Assembly: GCA_033442325.1 (NCBI GenBank)
Contig: JAWQFM010000003.1
Coordinates: forward strand, 2,743,421-2,797,077
DNA from: Salpingoeca rosetta
Taxonomy: Eukaryota > Protista > Choanoflagellata
Direction of reading: 5' to 3'
Length of the DNA stretch: 53,657 bases
Shown: positions 30,121 through 45,100 of the stretch, one piece after another
Numbering within the stretch: the stretch's first letter is position 1
Layout: each line of letters starts with the position of its first letter
Position numbers and translations under genes: made by a program
Notes under the pieces: generated by a model
Database searches by the model: none
What the model saw: only the letters and a program-made list of their open reading frames with translations
What the model was told of the DNA's origin: nothing

Positions 30121-33100
30121 ATGAGCCGGAACATCCGACAGCGACGCGGTGCACGCGCACTCGTCGCTTCTCTTCTTCTTCTTCTACTTCTGACTCTCAC
30201 AGCCAGCTCAAGCCTGGCTGTTGCCCAGCCCTGCATGAACTCCGACGAGCCGGCATCGGGTCAGGCAGGCACACGTGTGACAATTTATGGAAGCAACCTG
30301 CTCGGTCAGGTTGGCACGGCCATCACCTCCGTTCGGCTCGCAGGTGTCCCTGCGGAAATCGTCGAAGGAACATCCCAGTCCCAGGTCGTCGTCATCGCGG
30401 CCGAAGGCACAGCCGGCGAGGGCGACGTCGTCCTCGAGGCAAACACGGGTGCAACCGCAGTCAGCCCAAACGCCTGGCAGTACATCAACCCTGGGCGCAT
30501 CGACAGCGTGGGCCCGGCCTCGGGACAAGTCGGCACCTTGGTCACCATCCGCGGCTACGAGCTCCTCGGCGGGGGCGATTCGCCGATAAACGTGACCTTG
30601 GGCGGCAAGCAGGCGACGGTCGTGTTGTACAACAGCACGCACCTCGTCGCGCGCGCCCCAGCCCGTGACCCGGGCCTGTCCCACGTCACCATTCGCAGCA
30701 ACACTGGTGCAGTGGTCACCGCGAACGATGCCTTCACGTATCTCAACCAGAGCAGCATCGCCGGCGTCAATCCAAACACGGGCCAGCTCGGAACCGTCGT
30801 TACCATCCTCGGCACGCGCTTGTTCGGCGGCGGCTCAGCTGTTGCAGAGGTGCAACTAGCTGGAACCTCCGCAGCCATTCTCCGTGCTACCGACACCGAG
30901 ATTGTGGTAGTCGCTCCAGACCATGGACCGGAGACCGGCGACGTGCTGGTTACAGCTGACACTGGGGCGACGACGACGAGCACGGGTGGCTTCACGTTTG
31001 CGGAGCGCGGCGCTGTGGCGACGGTGAGCCCGACAAGTGGCCAGCACGGAACGCTGGTGACGATTCGTGGCGACAGGCTTCGTGGCAGCGGCAGCGCGGT
31101 TGTCAACGTGACGCTGGCTGGACGCACAGCCACGGTGTTGGAGGAGAACAGCACGACGGTGATTGTGGCGGCTGGTGCAGGCGCCGAGACAGCTGTGGCT
31201 GGCGACGTTGTGCTGACTGCGGACACGGGTGCGGAGGTGACGCGTAGCGGCGTGTTTTCGTACGTCGCCGCTGGGGAGATCACCGACGTGACGCCCGCGT
31301 CTGGCGGCGCCGGGACGCGAGTGACGGTGCTCGGGCGTGACCTGTGTGGCGGTGGCAGCAGCGTGGTGCGCGTGCTGCTTGCTGGCTTTGAGGCCGATGT
31401 TGTGAGCGGCGGGTGTGCGCGCGTTGAGGCGACTGCGCGTGACTTTGGCATGGTGCTTTCTGGGCCGGTGCTGCTGATTTCGGACACTGGCGCGATGGTT
31501 GAGTCCAGCGGGGACGCGTGGACATACCTTGCTGAAGGGCGGATCACGTCTGTGTCGCCGAGCGCGGGGCAGGACGGCACTGAGGTGCACATCCGCGGCG
31601 AGCTGCTGCTGGGTGGCGGCACGAGTGCTTCTCGCGTGACGCTGGCTGGCGTGGCGGCGTTTGTGCTGACATCGAATGAGACGGACGTTGTGGTGCGCGC
31701 GTTCCCCGGGACGAGCAGCGGCGACGTTGTGATTGTTGGGGACACTGGCGTGAGCGTGCGGCTGACGAATGCATGGACCTACAGCGTGATTGAGAGCGTT
31801 GAGCCTGCATTTGGGCAGCGCGGCACGGTTGTGACGCTGAGCGGGCGCGCCTTGCTTGGCGGCGAGGGCGACGTGTCACGGGTGCTCCTTGGCAGCGTGG
31901 AAGTGAGCGCGATCCTGCGGAACAGCAGCGACGAGGTTGTTGTTGTTGCTGGCGACCGGACTGTGTTTGCTGACGCGGTTGGGCACGTTGAGATTGAGCT
32001 TGCGAGCGGACGGCAGGTTGTTCTTCGGGATGCTTGGACGTACCGGCGTGCGGGCTCGATTGCGAGCGTTGTGCCTGCGTCTGGGCACTTTGGAACGGTG
32101 GTGCGCATTGGCGGCAGCCGGCTGCTTGGCCATGGGCAGTCGCTGGTTGGTGCAACGCTGGCTGGCGTGGCTGCTGAAGTTGTGTCTGCGAGCAACACGG
32201 ACGTTGTGCTGGTGGCGAATGCAAGCAGCAGCGCACGCTCTGGCAACGTTGTTCTCATTGCGGACACTGGTGCGACGGTTGTTCTTGAGGACGGCACGAG
32301 CGGGCTTGCGGAGTGGACGTACGTGGCGCCCGGCGTGATCAGCGAGGTTGAGCCGAGCTTTGGGCAGGTTGACACGCGCGTGACGGTGCGCGGGAGCGGC
32401 CTGCGCGGCGGCGCGGCGAGCACGGCACGAGTTGTGCTGGCTGGCGTTGAGGCGACGCAGGTTGTGTCTGACAGCGACAGCGAGATTGTTGTTGTTGCTG
32501 GGGCGATTGCGGGCGGCGTTTCGCGGGCCAACGGCAGCGTGCGCGTGTTTGGCAGCACGGGTGCTGAGGTGTCTGGGAGCGGCCTGTTTTCGTATGTTGC
32601 GCGGGGCGTGATCAGCGATGTTGAGCCGAGCAGTGGGCACGGCGGGACGCTTGTGACGATCCGGGGCGAGCGGCTTGATGGCAGCGGCGGCAGCGTTGCT
32701 CGGGTGCGGCTTGCTGGGGTGTGGACGAGCGTGATCTTGCGGCAGAACAGCAGCGAGGTAGTTGTTGCAGCGGAGGCGAGCAGCGGCGCTGTTGCGGGCG
32801 GCGATGTGCTTCTTGAGTCTGCGAGCGGGGCGACGGTGGAGGCGGCTGGGCGGTTCAGCTATGTTGCGCCGGGCGTTGTTTCTGCCGTTGAGCCTGGGAG
32901 CGGAAGCGCGGGCACTGTGGTGACGGTGCGCGGGAGCGGGCTGCTGGGCGGCGGCGGTGCAGCTGCGGCTGTGCGCCTGAGTGGCGTGGAGGCGCAGCAG
33001 GTGCTGTGGTCGAACGAGAGCGTTGTTGTGGCTGTTGCCGGTGCCGGCAGCAATGTGACGGGCGACGTTGAGATTACGGCAGACACTGGTGCTGTGGTGC

Positions 33101-36100
33101 GCGGGCTTGCGTCGAGCGGGCGCGGGTTCACGTACGTTGTGGCTGGCGTGATCGAGGCTGTGCAGCCGAGTTCTGGCCGCGTTGGCACGGTGGTGACGCT
33201 GTCTGGGAATGGCCTGCTTGGTGGCGGTAGCGCTGCTGGGCAGGTGAGCCTGGGCGGGGTGCCGTGTGAGGTGCTGACCTCGGGCGCACTTGAGGTGGTT
33301 GTGCGCGTTGGTGCTGGCGGCGTTGGCGGCGCTGTGGGCGATGCTGTGGTTGTGGCTGACACGGGCGCTGAGGTTCGCAAGGCAGCTGCGTGGACGCAAG
33401 TTGACGCGGGCGCGATTGACAGTGTGACGCCCGGGTCTGGACAGGCTGGGACGCTTGTGAATGTGACTGGGCGTGTGCTGCTGGGCGGCGGGAGCCGGAT
33501 TGTTGAGGTTATTCTCGGCGGGACGGCTGCGTCTGCTGTCGTGGACGGGGACCAGGAGACGTTTGTGACTGTTGTTGCGAACAGAAGCGCGAGCGCCGGC
33601 GACGGCCGCGTGGTTGTTCGCGCAGACACTGGCGCAGAGGTGTCGCTGGACGCTGCATGGAACTACACGGACGTTCCCACGGTTGAGAGCACGTATCCTT
33701 CAAGTGCCGCGGCGGGCTCCCGCATCATGTTTGTCATCAGCCACCTCATTCAGCCTGGCGATTCCTTGGCTGTGGTGACTGTTGCTGGGCAATCAGCCGC
33801 CTTCTCCGCCATCAACGCGACGCACGTATTTGTGACGCTTCCAAGCTCCAGCGCTGTCGGCGACACCACCGTGCAGTTTACGTCTGCGCGCGGAACACTG
33901 CTCGCCGCCACCGTCACGGTGTCTCCATCGCCTTTCGTGTCATCAATCACACCAAACACCGGTCAGCTTGGCACGGTTGTGTCTTTGGCTGGCAGCGACT
34001 TGCTTGGTGGAGCCGACGATGTGCAAGCTGTGCTCTTTGGCACCACACCAGCTGTCGTCCAATCGGCAGCCGACACACTCATTGTGGTTGAGGCGCCTTT
34101 TTCCGCCTCCAATACAACCGTCGACGTTGTCATCGTCACCGGGCTTGGCGCCGCCTTTGTGCAGAGTGACGCCTTTGCTTACCTGCGCCCGGCTTCTGTG
34201 GCCAGCGTCATTCCATCGTCTGGCCAGGTTGGGACCATCGTTTCCATTGACGGCTCTGGCTTCAACGACACGGCCTCTGCTGTGGAGCGCGTGTTGCTCG
34301 GCGACACACCGGCAACGCTGCTGGCTGCGTCTGACACGAGCATTGTGTTCCGGGTCACCAACGTGTCCCACGAGCTGCTGGACGTGACGCTGGTAACCGG
34401 CACGGGCGTACGTCATGTGCTTGCGTCCTCGTTCCGCGCATACTCGCCTGGCGTGATTGCAGACGTGACGCCGTCTTCCGGGCGCGAAGGAACAGAGGTT
34501 GTCGTGTACGGCACACATCTGCGCGCGCACAGCCCTGCTGTGACCAACGTCTCGTTTGGCTCGTACCCCGCTCGCATTGTGCGGGAGACTGACTACTTTG
34601 TGAGCGTTGTCCTGACTCAGGCTCCAGCGACGAGCGAGCTCGTCGACGTTTCGCTGACGACCACCTTTGGCGCTGTGACAACCAAGCGCGACGCCTTTAT
34701 GTTTGTGCCGCGCGGCAATGTGACCGCCGTATCCCCTTCGTCTGGTGTTGGCGGCACGCGCGTGGTCATCCAGGGCAGCAACCTGCTCGGTGGCGGCACA
34801 CGCATCATCTCTGTGACCCTTGCCGGCGTTGACGCCACGCTGGTGCACTACAACAACACGGTGATTGAAGTCGTGGCTCGCGCGGGCGACCCAGGCCTTG
34901 GAGATGTCATCATCTCCAGCAACACGGGCAGCGTCACCGTCCTGGACAACGCATGGGCGTATGTTCCCGTGGGTGAGATTCACGCCGTGCTCCCCGCACA
35001 GGGCCAGGCCTATGCGCGCGTGACTGTCGTGGGCCTGGGGCTGTTTTCTGGGGCGCCTGGCCTCGAGCGTGTTCGCCTGGCTGGCGAGGACGTGTTGCGC
35101 ATCGTGTCGGCGAGCGACTCGAAGGTGGTGGTCATTGCCCCCGCCGTTCCGGCGGCGACAACGGGCAACGTGGAGCTTGTTTCCACCACCGGTGCCAAGG
35201 TTACGCGGACAGCGGGGTTTTCGTTTGTGGACCCTGCCAACGTTACGGCCGTGACCCCATCCTCTGGTCAATTGGGCACGCGCGTCACGCTCGCAGGATC
35301 AGACCTCCTGTGCGGTGACTCTGCCCTTGCGTCTGTCCGCATCGGCGGGCAGGAAACGGCCATTCTGTACGCGTCATCCGAACAGGTGATTGCTCGCGTG
35401 AACACGACACTCGAGCCCGGCATGTACCAGCTCACCGTGACTGCCGCCTCTGGCGCTAACTACACTGCTGCGCCACACCAGTTTGAAGTGCTTGCGCAGG
35501 GCGCCATCGACGCCGTGCAGCCAGCCGCTGCACAAGCTGATGCCTTTGTCACCATCCGTGGGCGTGGCTTGTTTGGTGGGGCTGCGTCGCTTGCAACCGT
35601 GTCCTTGGGCTCGCCCGCCGTCACCGCCACAATCGTGAGCCAGTCGAGCTCCGTGGTGGTGGTGCAAGTGCCCCGCGTGCCGTATGCCGCCGGCGCCGCT
35701 CCAATCACGCTCACGGCCGCTTCAGGTGCGCTTGTGTCCAACGCCACCGCGTTTGAGCTGCTCGAGCCCGGCGTCATCACCAGCGTCGCCCCTTCCTCTG
35801 GGCAGGAAGGCACATTGGTGACCATCGCCGGCGAGCGCCTGCTGGCTGGCAGTGATTCCCTTGATGTCGTGTACATCGCCAACACATCTGCAGTGCAAGT
35901 GCTGCTTGCCACTGACACCCGCGTGGTTGCGCGCGCCGCTGCTGGCCCGCTGGTTGTGGACGACGTCGTGCTGGTTGGCGCTGCTGGGGGCCGCGTGGTC
36001 GCTCCTGACGCATGGCACCGCCTGGCTGCAGGGCAGATTGCCACTGTCACTCCAACGATTGGGCAAGAAGGCACGTTTGTCAATGTGACTGGAACGAACC

Positions 36101-39100
36101 TGCTTGCTCACAGCGATGGTCTTGCCAGCGCTTCCCTTGCCGGTACGCCTGCAGACGTCATCGCCGCGACGCCCCAGCTCGTGCAGTTGCGCGCACGCGT
36201 GTCATCCCCGCGCACGGGCCCCGTGGTTCTTCAGGCCAGCTCAGGCGCAGTCGTCGATAGCCGTGGCGTTGCCAACTTCACCAGCGCACAGGCTGGACGC
36301 ATCGATACGGTCGCCCCGGCCGTGGGGCGCGCCGGCACGTTTGTGACGCTTGTCGGCACCAACCTGCTCGGCCACGCCGCCTCGCTGTCCTCTTGCGTTG
36401 TTGCAGAGGACGCGCTGGCGGCCATCGTGGATGCCAACAACACGCGCGTCGTTGTGCGCCTGCCAGAGGGGCCTGCGCCTGGGCTCGTGAACATCACGCT
36501 GCAGGCGACTTCTGGTGCCCTCGTGCATCGTGCGCATGCGTTTGAATATGTTGGCGAGGGTGCCATCTCCACCGTGCTCCCGGCATCTGGTCAGAAGGGC
36601 ACCCGCGTCACCATTCGTGGCACCGCTCTGCTTGGCGCAGGCGATCACGCAACGTCCATCACCCTCGCTGGCGCAGTCACTACGAGGGTGTTGTCTTCCA
36701 ACGACACCACCATCGTTGTTGAGGCGCCCGCCGGTGCAGCCCAGGGTTTGGGCGCCGTCTCCGTTGAGGCAAACACCGGCGCTGTGGTGTCCCAGGAGGA
36801 TGCCTTTGCCTTCATCGAGCCGGGCCAAATCACTCTCTTCTCCCCGAGCTCTGGTCAGTATGGAACGTGGGTCAACATCACGGGCCAAAACCTCCTTGGC
36901 GGCGGCTCCACTGCCGCAGATGTGCTCTTTGGCGGCTTCTCTGCGGATGAAGTGGCGTTTGCCTCCCCCTTCATGGTCCGTGCGCGAATCGGGCAGCAAG
37001 TGCCGTCGCCGGGGCCAATCAACGTGACCATTGTTGCCGACACGGGTGCGCGGGTGACGAGTGAGGGCGCCTTTACCGTGACCTCCTCCAGCACGATCGC
37101 GTCCGTGAGCCCCGCTCTGGGCCAGCGCGGCACACGGGTGACCATCAGTGGTCAGAACCTGTTTGGCGCAGGCCCTGCCCGCATCGCAGCCGTACACCTG
37201 GCTTCCGTGTCCGCAGTGGTCCTGAACGGCTCCAGTGACACGCAAGTGATCGTTCAGGCGCAGGCCAGCCCCGTGGCCGTTGCAAACGCCACGGTGACAG
37301 TGGAGGCAGCCAGCGGCGCCTTGACTGTGGCGCCAGCGTCCTGGTCATACATTGCCCCGGGCGCCATTGCCAGCGTCACGCCAGCCATGGGACAGGCGGG
37401 AACGCGCGTCACCATCACCGGCACTAACCTGCTTGGTGGTGCGCCTGCGCTTGCGCTCGTGTCCATCGCAGGCTCCCCTGCGCAAGTTGTGAGCCAGAGC
37501 AACACGCGCGTGGTTGTCAGGGCCGGCGCCGCCGCCCCTGGCTTGGGCGACGTTGTGCTTGAGGCCTTGTCCGGAACGCTCGTGGAGCAAACAAGCGCCT
37601 TCACGTACACCAACATGAGCGAGATCACGTCTGTGTCGCCCTCTGTGGGTCAGGAAGGTACCTTGGTCACCATCCGGGGCACCCGCCTGCGTGGCGGCGC
37701 GAACCGCGTGGCCAACGTGACACTGGCTGGTGTTCTGGCCACCACCCTCTCTGAGGATGACACCACCGTCGTTGTTCGGGCCAGCTTCTCCTTCAGCGCC
37801 ATGTCTGGCCCCGTTGTTGTCATGTCGGACTCTGGCGCTCGCACACAGGCGCCGCAGCCGTTCTCGTACCTCGAGCCCCCATCGGTGGTCTCCATCGCCC
37901 CAAGCACGGGCCAGGAGGGCACGCGCCTCACCATCACAGGCCTTCGCCTGCACAATGGCGGAAGCGCGGTGGTGTCCGCTTCCCTCGGCGCGTTCAACGC
38001 CTCTGTTGTTTCGTCCAACGACACGGAAGTGGTCATTCGCGCCGGCGCTGGTCCTTCAACGCAGACGGCTGTGGACATTGTGCTGCAGTCTGACACGGGG
38101 TCCATCACTCGCGGTGCTACGCCATGGACGTTTTCTCCTCCTGGCAGCATCGCCATTGTCGATCCAACCACTGGGCAGCAAGGCGCGCTTGTGCGCATCA
38201 CAGGCACCAACCTGTGCGGCGGCGGCTCATCCATCGCTCGCGTGCGTCTCGCCAACGTCGAGGCCGAGATCCTGTCCCAGACGTCGTGCGGCCTGCTGGA
38301 GGTGCGGGCCGGTGCATACGGTGCACCGGTCACGGGCTCCATCGAGTTGGAATCTGACACGGGGGCCCTGGTCACCAAAGCCGATGCCTGGACATACGTC
38401 ACCTCGGGCTTCATCTCCAGTGTCACGCCTGCTGCCGGTCAGAGCGGGGAGCTGGTCAGCATCCTGGGCAGCAACCTCTTTGGTGGCGCAAGCACAGCCT
38501 CGCAGGTCACTTTTGGTGGTGTCCCTGCCACCATCGTCAGCAATGGCAACACATCGCGCATCGTCGTTCAGATCAACGCTGGCCCGCAAAGCGGACAGCC
38601 GAACCTGGGCGATGTTGTCATCACGGGCACCTCGGGCGTGGTGATCCGGGCCGTCGATGCCTTCACCTACTCCACGGTTGACCGCGTATTCCCCAGCAGT
38701 GGCCAGGGCGGCACGCGCGTGACCATCAGCGGCGTTGCGCTGCTTGGTGACAACACGCAGCTTGAGCGCGTCGAGCTTGCAGGCATCTCTGCCGCCAGCA
38801 TCATCTCCTTCAACAGCACTCAGGTCGTGTGCGTGGCCCGCGCCGCCGGTGTGTCCCAAGCGCAGCCCGGGCAGGTTGTGCTGGTTGCCACCACACAGGA
38901 AATTACCAGCACAGGCACAGCGGACTGGACATACCAGCCACCCGGCGCAATCGCATCCGTGAACCCAGCGCGCGGTCAGCGCGGCACGCTCATCACCGTT
39001 CGCGGCTCCACACTGCTTGGCTACGGCGAAAGGCTGGTGCAGGTGACGGTGGCCAACGTTACCGCAACCCGCATCATCAACGCTACCAACTCGGTGGCTG

Positions 39101-42100
39101 TCGTGGAGGCCGGGCTAAGAACTGCGGGCGCCACCGGCAACGTTGTTTTGGTCGCCGACACAGGCGCAACCATCACCGCCCTTGCGGCCTTCACATACGC
39201 AGACGCGCCCGTGCTGGCCGCTGTGTCCCCTTCCTCCGGCCAGCTCGGAACCCACGTCACGGTCACGGGCCAGAACCTGCTCATGGGCTCTGATAGCCTG
39301 AGGTCGGTCTCCATCGCAAACGAATCGGCAACCATTCTCTCGCAGAACGACACACACGTTGTGGTGCGCGCGCCACGCTCCTCACCGAAAACAGGCCTCG
39401 TGCGGCTTGTGTCCTCCGAGTTTGCTTCCGTGACTGGCCTCTCCTTTACGTTCCTTGAGGAGGGCGTGGTCAACACCGTATCCCCTAGCTCTGGACAGGG
39501 CGGCACGCGCGTCACCCTCACCGGTGAGCGTATGTTTGGCGGTGCCTCGGGTATCGCTGCGGTTGAGCTGGCTGGCGTTCCTGTCCAGGAGATTGTGTCC
39601 AGCAACACCACACACGCTGTGGTCATCGCCAGCGATGCAAGCGCAGTCGCACCAGCCGCTGTCACCGTCATTGCCAACTCGGGCGCGCTCGTGACATCGG
39701 CGGACCCTGGCGCGTGGCAGTACTTGACCCCTGGCGCAATCACGAGCGTCGACCCGGACATGGGCCAGGTTGGCACACGCATCACCATCACCGGCCAACG
39801 TCTTCTTGGGGGCGGCACCTCCATCGCTTCCGTTCGTCTCGGCACTGCCGGTGCTCGGGTTGTGAGCGGCAGCTCCACGACCGTTGTTGCCGTCGTGCCA
39901 AGCGGCGCTGCAGGCGTGCGCGACGTTCACGTCGTTGCCAACACGCTTGCAACGACGACGCTCTGGACAGGCTTCACGTTCCTGGAGGAGGGCGTCATCG
40001 ACAGCTTGCAGCCAAGCTCAGGTCGACTGGGCACCCGCGTGACCATTCACGGCTTGCGCCTTCTCGGTGGCAGTGATGCACTGCAGCAGATCCTGTTTGG
40101 AACGGTCCCTGCGACGATCATCGACTTCAACACAACCACCGTGGAGGCTTTTGCCCCAGCCATGGCCGCGGGTACCAGCAATGTTACCCTCGTTAGCGAC
40201 ACAGGTGCCGTCGTGCGTTCTGTGGACGGAGCTTGGACACAGGTCGACGCCGGCCAAATCCTCTCTGTTGAGCCAGCGGCGGGCATTCCGACAGCCTTGG
40301 TCACCATTCGTGGCCAGGACCTGCTTGGCATCGGTACCATTGCGCAACAGGTCACACTTGGTGGCTCTCTGGCCGAAGTTCAACAGTCAAACGCAACTGT
40401 GGTGATCGTGAGAGCCGGCGTTCGCCCGGCGGTGCCAGACTCAGCGGTCACCGTTGTTGCTGACACCGGCGACACGGTGTCGGCTGACAGCGTGTGGACC
40501 TTCCATCCTCTGCCGAACATCACGAGTGTTGCGCCTGCCAATGGACAACAAGGGACGCGCGTAACCATTACGGGAAGTGACCTCATCACAGGTGGCGTGC
40601 GTGTGGCCTCAGTGCAGTTGGCAGGCGTCACCGTGTCAGAAGTGCTGTCGCAATCGCCTGATTCGCTTGTTGTCATCGCTGGGCCATCATCCACCAGCGT
40701 GAGCGGCGCGGCGACTATCACCCTCACTTCCGGCGCGTCGTTTGCCAGCTCACAATCCTTTGAGTACTTGGCACCGGCCGACATCAGCAGCGTGAGCCCA
40801 GGCTCTGGAACGCTGGGGACGGTCATTACGGTGTCCGGCTCCCACCTTCTGGGGGGCGGCACGACTGTCGTCGCTGCTCGTATTGGTGATGATGCTGCTG
40901 AACGCGTTCTCTTCGCCAATGACTCGCGCGTTGTGTTCAAGGCCGGCAATGCAGACACGCCGTCAGCCAACAGAACTGTTTTGTTGACTGCAGATACAGG
41001 CGCGTTCGTTTCCGTGAGCAGTGCCTTCTCTTACATCACGCCTGCAAGCGTTTTGTCCGTCTCACCCAGCTCCGGAACACAGGGCACCAGGGTCACCATC
41101 TCTGGGCAGCGCCTCTTCAGCGATGGCTCATACCTCACAGAGGTGCTACTCGCGGGTGTTCGCGCCCAAATCCTCAACATGACTGAGGTACAAGTTGTTG
41201 TGGCATGTGGCTTTGCAAACCAAACCAGTGGGCCCGTGGTCCTCGTCAGCAACACCGGTGGCAGGATTGAACAAGCTCAATTTTCCATCATCAAGCCGCC
41301 CGTGCTCCTGGCAGCCAGCCCAGACAGTGGGCAGGAGGGCACCCACGTGATCCTGTACGGCGAGCGCCTTCGTGCCGGTGGCAACGCCATCACGCAGGTC
41401 ACCCTAAACGGTGTCGCCGCCACGATTGTGGATGAAACAAACGTGTTCGTTCGCGTGATTGCACAGGATGGCCCGGTGGGGCGCGGCCCGATTCACCTCA
41501 CCGCAAACACCGGGGGCGTCGTGCAGTCAACCGTGGCTTGGGAGTACTTGACAAAAGCGGTGATCGATACTGTCGCTCCAAGCAGTGGACAGCTAGGGAC
41601 TCTTGTTACGATACAGGGCAGCAACCTGCTCGGCGGCGGCACGGAGGTAATTCGTGTCATCCTCGCAGGCACCGATGCCACCATCTTGTCTCAAAACAAC
41701 ACGCACATCGTCGTGCGAACAAGCCGTGGCACAGGCTTGCCCACTCAAGGAGATGTCGTCGTCATCAGTGACGAACTCTCTCGAGTAGTTGCTGAAGACG
41801 CCTTTGCATACATCGCTCCTGGAGATGTCGATGGTGTGATGCCAAGCCAAGGCAGCTTTGGGACGCGCGTCACGATCGTGGGCACGAACCTGCTTGGCGG
41901 AGGGTCGTCGGTGTCACTGGTGGAGCTTGCTGGCGTTGAGGCACAGGTTGAGTCTGCGACAGCGGGGCAAGTTGTGGTCATTGCACAGGCATCGAACGCC
42001 ACGAGCGTTGGAGATGTTGTGCTGCACTCTGACACTGGTGCTGTCGTCGTCCAGTATGACGCCTGGCAGTACGTGACACCTGGCCGCATTCTGACAGTAA

Positions 42101-45100
42101 CGCCGATGTCTGGACAGGGTGGCACGTACGTTGACATTGTGGGCACAGGGCTCTTGAGCGGCTCGCGCGATGCCGGTGCGGTCCACCTCAGCGGTGTGGC
42201 TGCTGTTGTTCTGAGCGCAAACGACACGCACGTGCGTGCGCGTGCTGGCGAGGGCGTGCCTGGACTCGGGGACGTGGTTGTGACGTCTGCGGATGGCGCG
42301 CCTGTTGTGGCTGCGGATGCGTGGACGTACACTGCAGCTGGCAACATCTCGGGCATTGCCCCTGTGAGCGGTCAGGAGGGCACTCACGTCACCATCCGCG
42401 GCGTTGCGCTGCGCGGTGCTGGGGCACTTGTGCACCGTGTGCTGCTTGGAGACAGTGAGGCTGACGTGTTGTTTGAGAATGACACGCTGGTGGTTGTTCG
42501 CGCTGGCCATGGGGCTGCAGGCGTTGTGCATGTCGTGCTTGAGTCGTCATCTGGCGCGCTTGTTTCGGCGGACAACGCCTTCACATACCTTGAGCGCGGC
42601 GAAGTTGCAGCTGTGTCACCGACATCTGGGCAGCTTGGCACGCTTGTGACCATCACTGGAGCGCGGTTGCTTGGTGGCGGATCGTCGATCCGCACCGCGA
42701 CGCTCTCCGGTGTGAGTACGGAGGTGGTGGGCGCCACAGCTTCAACGGTAGTTGTGCGTGTGACATCGTCATTTGCCAGTATGACCACGGGCGATGTGAT
42801 GCTTGTGTCCGACACGTACGCGGTTGTTCGTGGCAGCGGCTTGTGGACAGGGCTTCCTGACGGAACAATTGCCGACGTTGCACCCAGCGCTGGCGTTGTG
42901 GGCACGCTTGTGACTGTGCGCGGTGCCAACTTGCTTGGGTACGCCGCTGGCCTGGATGAGGTGACGCTTGCTGGTGTGAATGCAACGATTGTGTCGGCGA
43001 ATGCTAGCGTTGTCGTCGTGGCTGCTGGATCATCGCTGTCTGCTGTGACGGGCGGTGTGGTACTGGTGGCAACGAGTGGTGCAACCGTTTCGGCGAGCGG
43101 AGCGTGGAGCTACGTGGCGCCAGGCCAGATCACTCGCGTGCGCCCTGCGTCTGGCCAGGTGGGCACGCGGGTCACGATTGAAGGAACTGGCCTTCGGGCG
43201 GCGGCGTCTGCAGTGGCGACAGTGCTGCTCGGTGACCTCACGTCTACTGTGCTGACCTCAAACGACACGACTGTGGTGGCGGTGTGCCCTGATGGCCCTG
43301 CCTCCGGCGTTCCCGAGCGCGTGAAGGTTGTGGGAGTGAGTGGCGGTTTTACGCTGGCGGAGTCACAGTTCACGTTCCTGGAGAAGGGTGTGATCGCAGA
43401 CGTATCACCAGAAATTGGCCAGGTTGGCACGCGCCTTGTTGTGAGTGGCGAGCGCCTACTTGGTGGTGGTGCGCGTGTGACGCGCGCCGAAATCGGCGGC
43501 GCTGTGGCTGAGATTGAAAGTAGCAATGCCACGACGGTGGTGCTGGTTGCGGGCGCTTCGAGTGCTGGTGCAGCCGACGTTGTGCTTGTGGCCGACACTG
43601 GTGCAACTGTTCGCCTCGACGCAGGCTTCACGTACCTCGAAGAAGGCGTCATTGAGCAGATCAGCCCACGTGGCGGCCAGGAGGGCACGCTTGTGACGAT
43701 TGAGGGTGAACGGCTGCTGGGAGGCGGCGCTGCGCTTTCGCGAGTGCTGCTGGCAGGACAGCCGGTGCTGCATGTTATGTCTGCGAGTGATACGCTCGTG
43801 GTGGTGCGTGCAGGTGCCGGAATGCCGGGCACAGGTGATGTGATTGTTGAGTCGACGAGTGGCTCCCGGGTGACGCTTCCAGGTGGGTGGATGTACTTTG
43901 TGCCCAGCAGCATTGCGGACGTGCAGCCGTCGTCCGGCCAAGTCGGGACTGTGGTTGACATCTCTGGTAGCAACCTGCTTGGTGTGGCCAACGGGACTGC
44001 TGTTGCACAGGTGTGGCTTGACGGCACGGCTGTCAGCTCTATTCTGATTGGCGATCGCCAGGACCTCGTGCGTGTGGTTGCAGCAAGGAACACGAGCATG
44101 GGTGTTTTGGGCAGCGTCGTCGTGGAAGCCGACAGCGGCGCGCTGGCCTCGGTTGATGGCCGATGGACGTACTTGCTGGAGGGCGTGATTTTGGGCGTTG
44201 TCCCCGCATACGGCCAGGTTGGTACCCGGGTGACTATCTCTGGTGCGCGGCTGCTTGGCGGTGGCAACACGGCTGTCAACGTGACGCTTGATGGCACACC
44301 CGCAAGCGTGCTGTCATGGGGACCAGAGCAAGTTGTGGTGCGGGCCGAGCGCAACAGCAGTGCTGAGGTTGGTGGAATGGTGTCAGTTGTCAGTGATACT
44401 GGTGCCATTGTGTCTGGGGCTTCCCTGTTTGCGTACCGGACGGAGGGCCACATTGATCAAGTGGAGCCGTCCACTGGACAGGCGGGCACGATTGTGACCA
44501 TCACCGGCCTGCGTCTGCGCGGGCACGGTGTTGTGGTTGACCGTGTGTTGCTTGGAGGCGCTGAAGCTGGCGTGTTGAGCGAAAGCGATACAGCTGTTGT
44601 TGTGCGCGTGCCAGATGCTTCTGCGGGCGTCGTTGATGTTGTGATCGTTGCTGACACTGGGGCGACGACGACGAGCACGGGTGGCTTCACGTTTGCGGAG
44701 CGCGGCGTTGTGGCGACGGTGAGCCCGACAAGTGGCCAGCACGGAACGCTGGTGACGATTCGTGGCGACAGGCTTCGTGGCAGCGGCAGCGCGGTTGTCA
44801 ACGTGACGCTGGCTGGACGCACAGCCACGGTGTTGGAGGAGAACAGCACGACGGTGATTGTGGCGGCTGGTGCAGGCGCCGAGACAGCTGTGGCTGGCGA
44901 CGTTGTGCTGACTGCGGACACGGGTGCGGAGGTGACGCGTAGCGGCGTGTTTTCGTACGTCGCCGCTGGGGAGATCACCGACGTGACGCCCGCGTCTGGC
45001 GGCGCCGGGACGCGAGTGACGGTGCTCGGGCGTGACCTGTGTGGCGGTGGCAGCAGCGTGGTGCGCGTGCTGCTTGCTGGCTTTGAGGCCGATGTTGTGA

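Noticed and set aside
31066-31074. RGD tripeptide in the IPT protein (also at 44761)
   Set aside because: It falls in the variable positions of the T-I-x-G-x-x-L repeat consensus, so it is probably chance. The second copy comes from the duplication.
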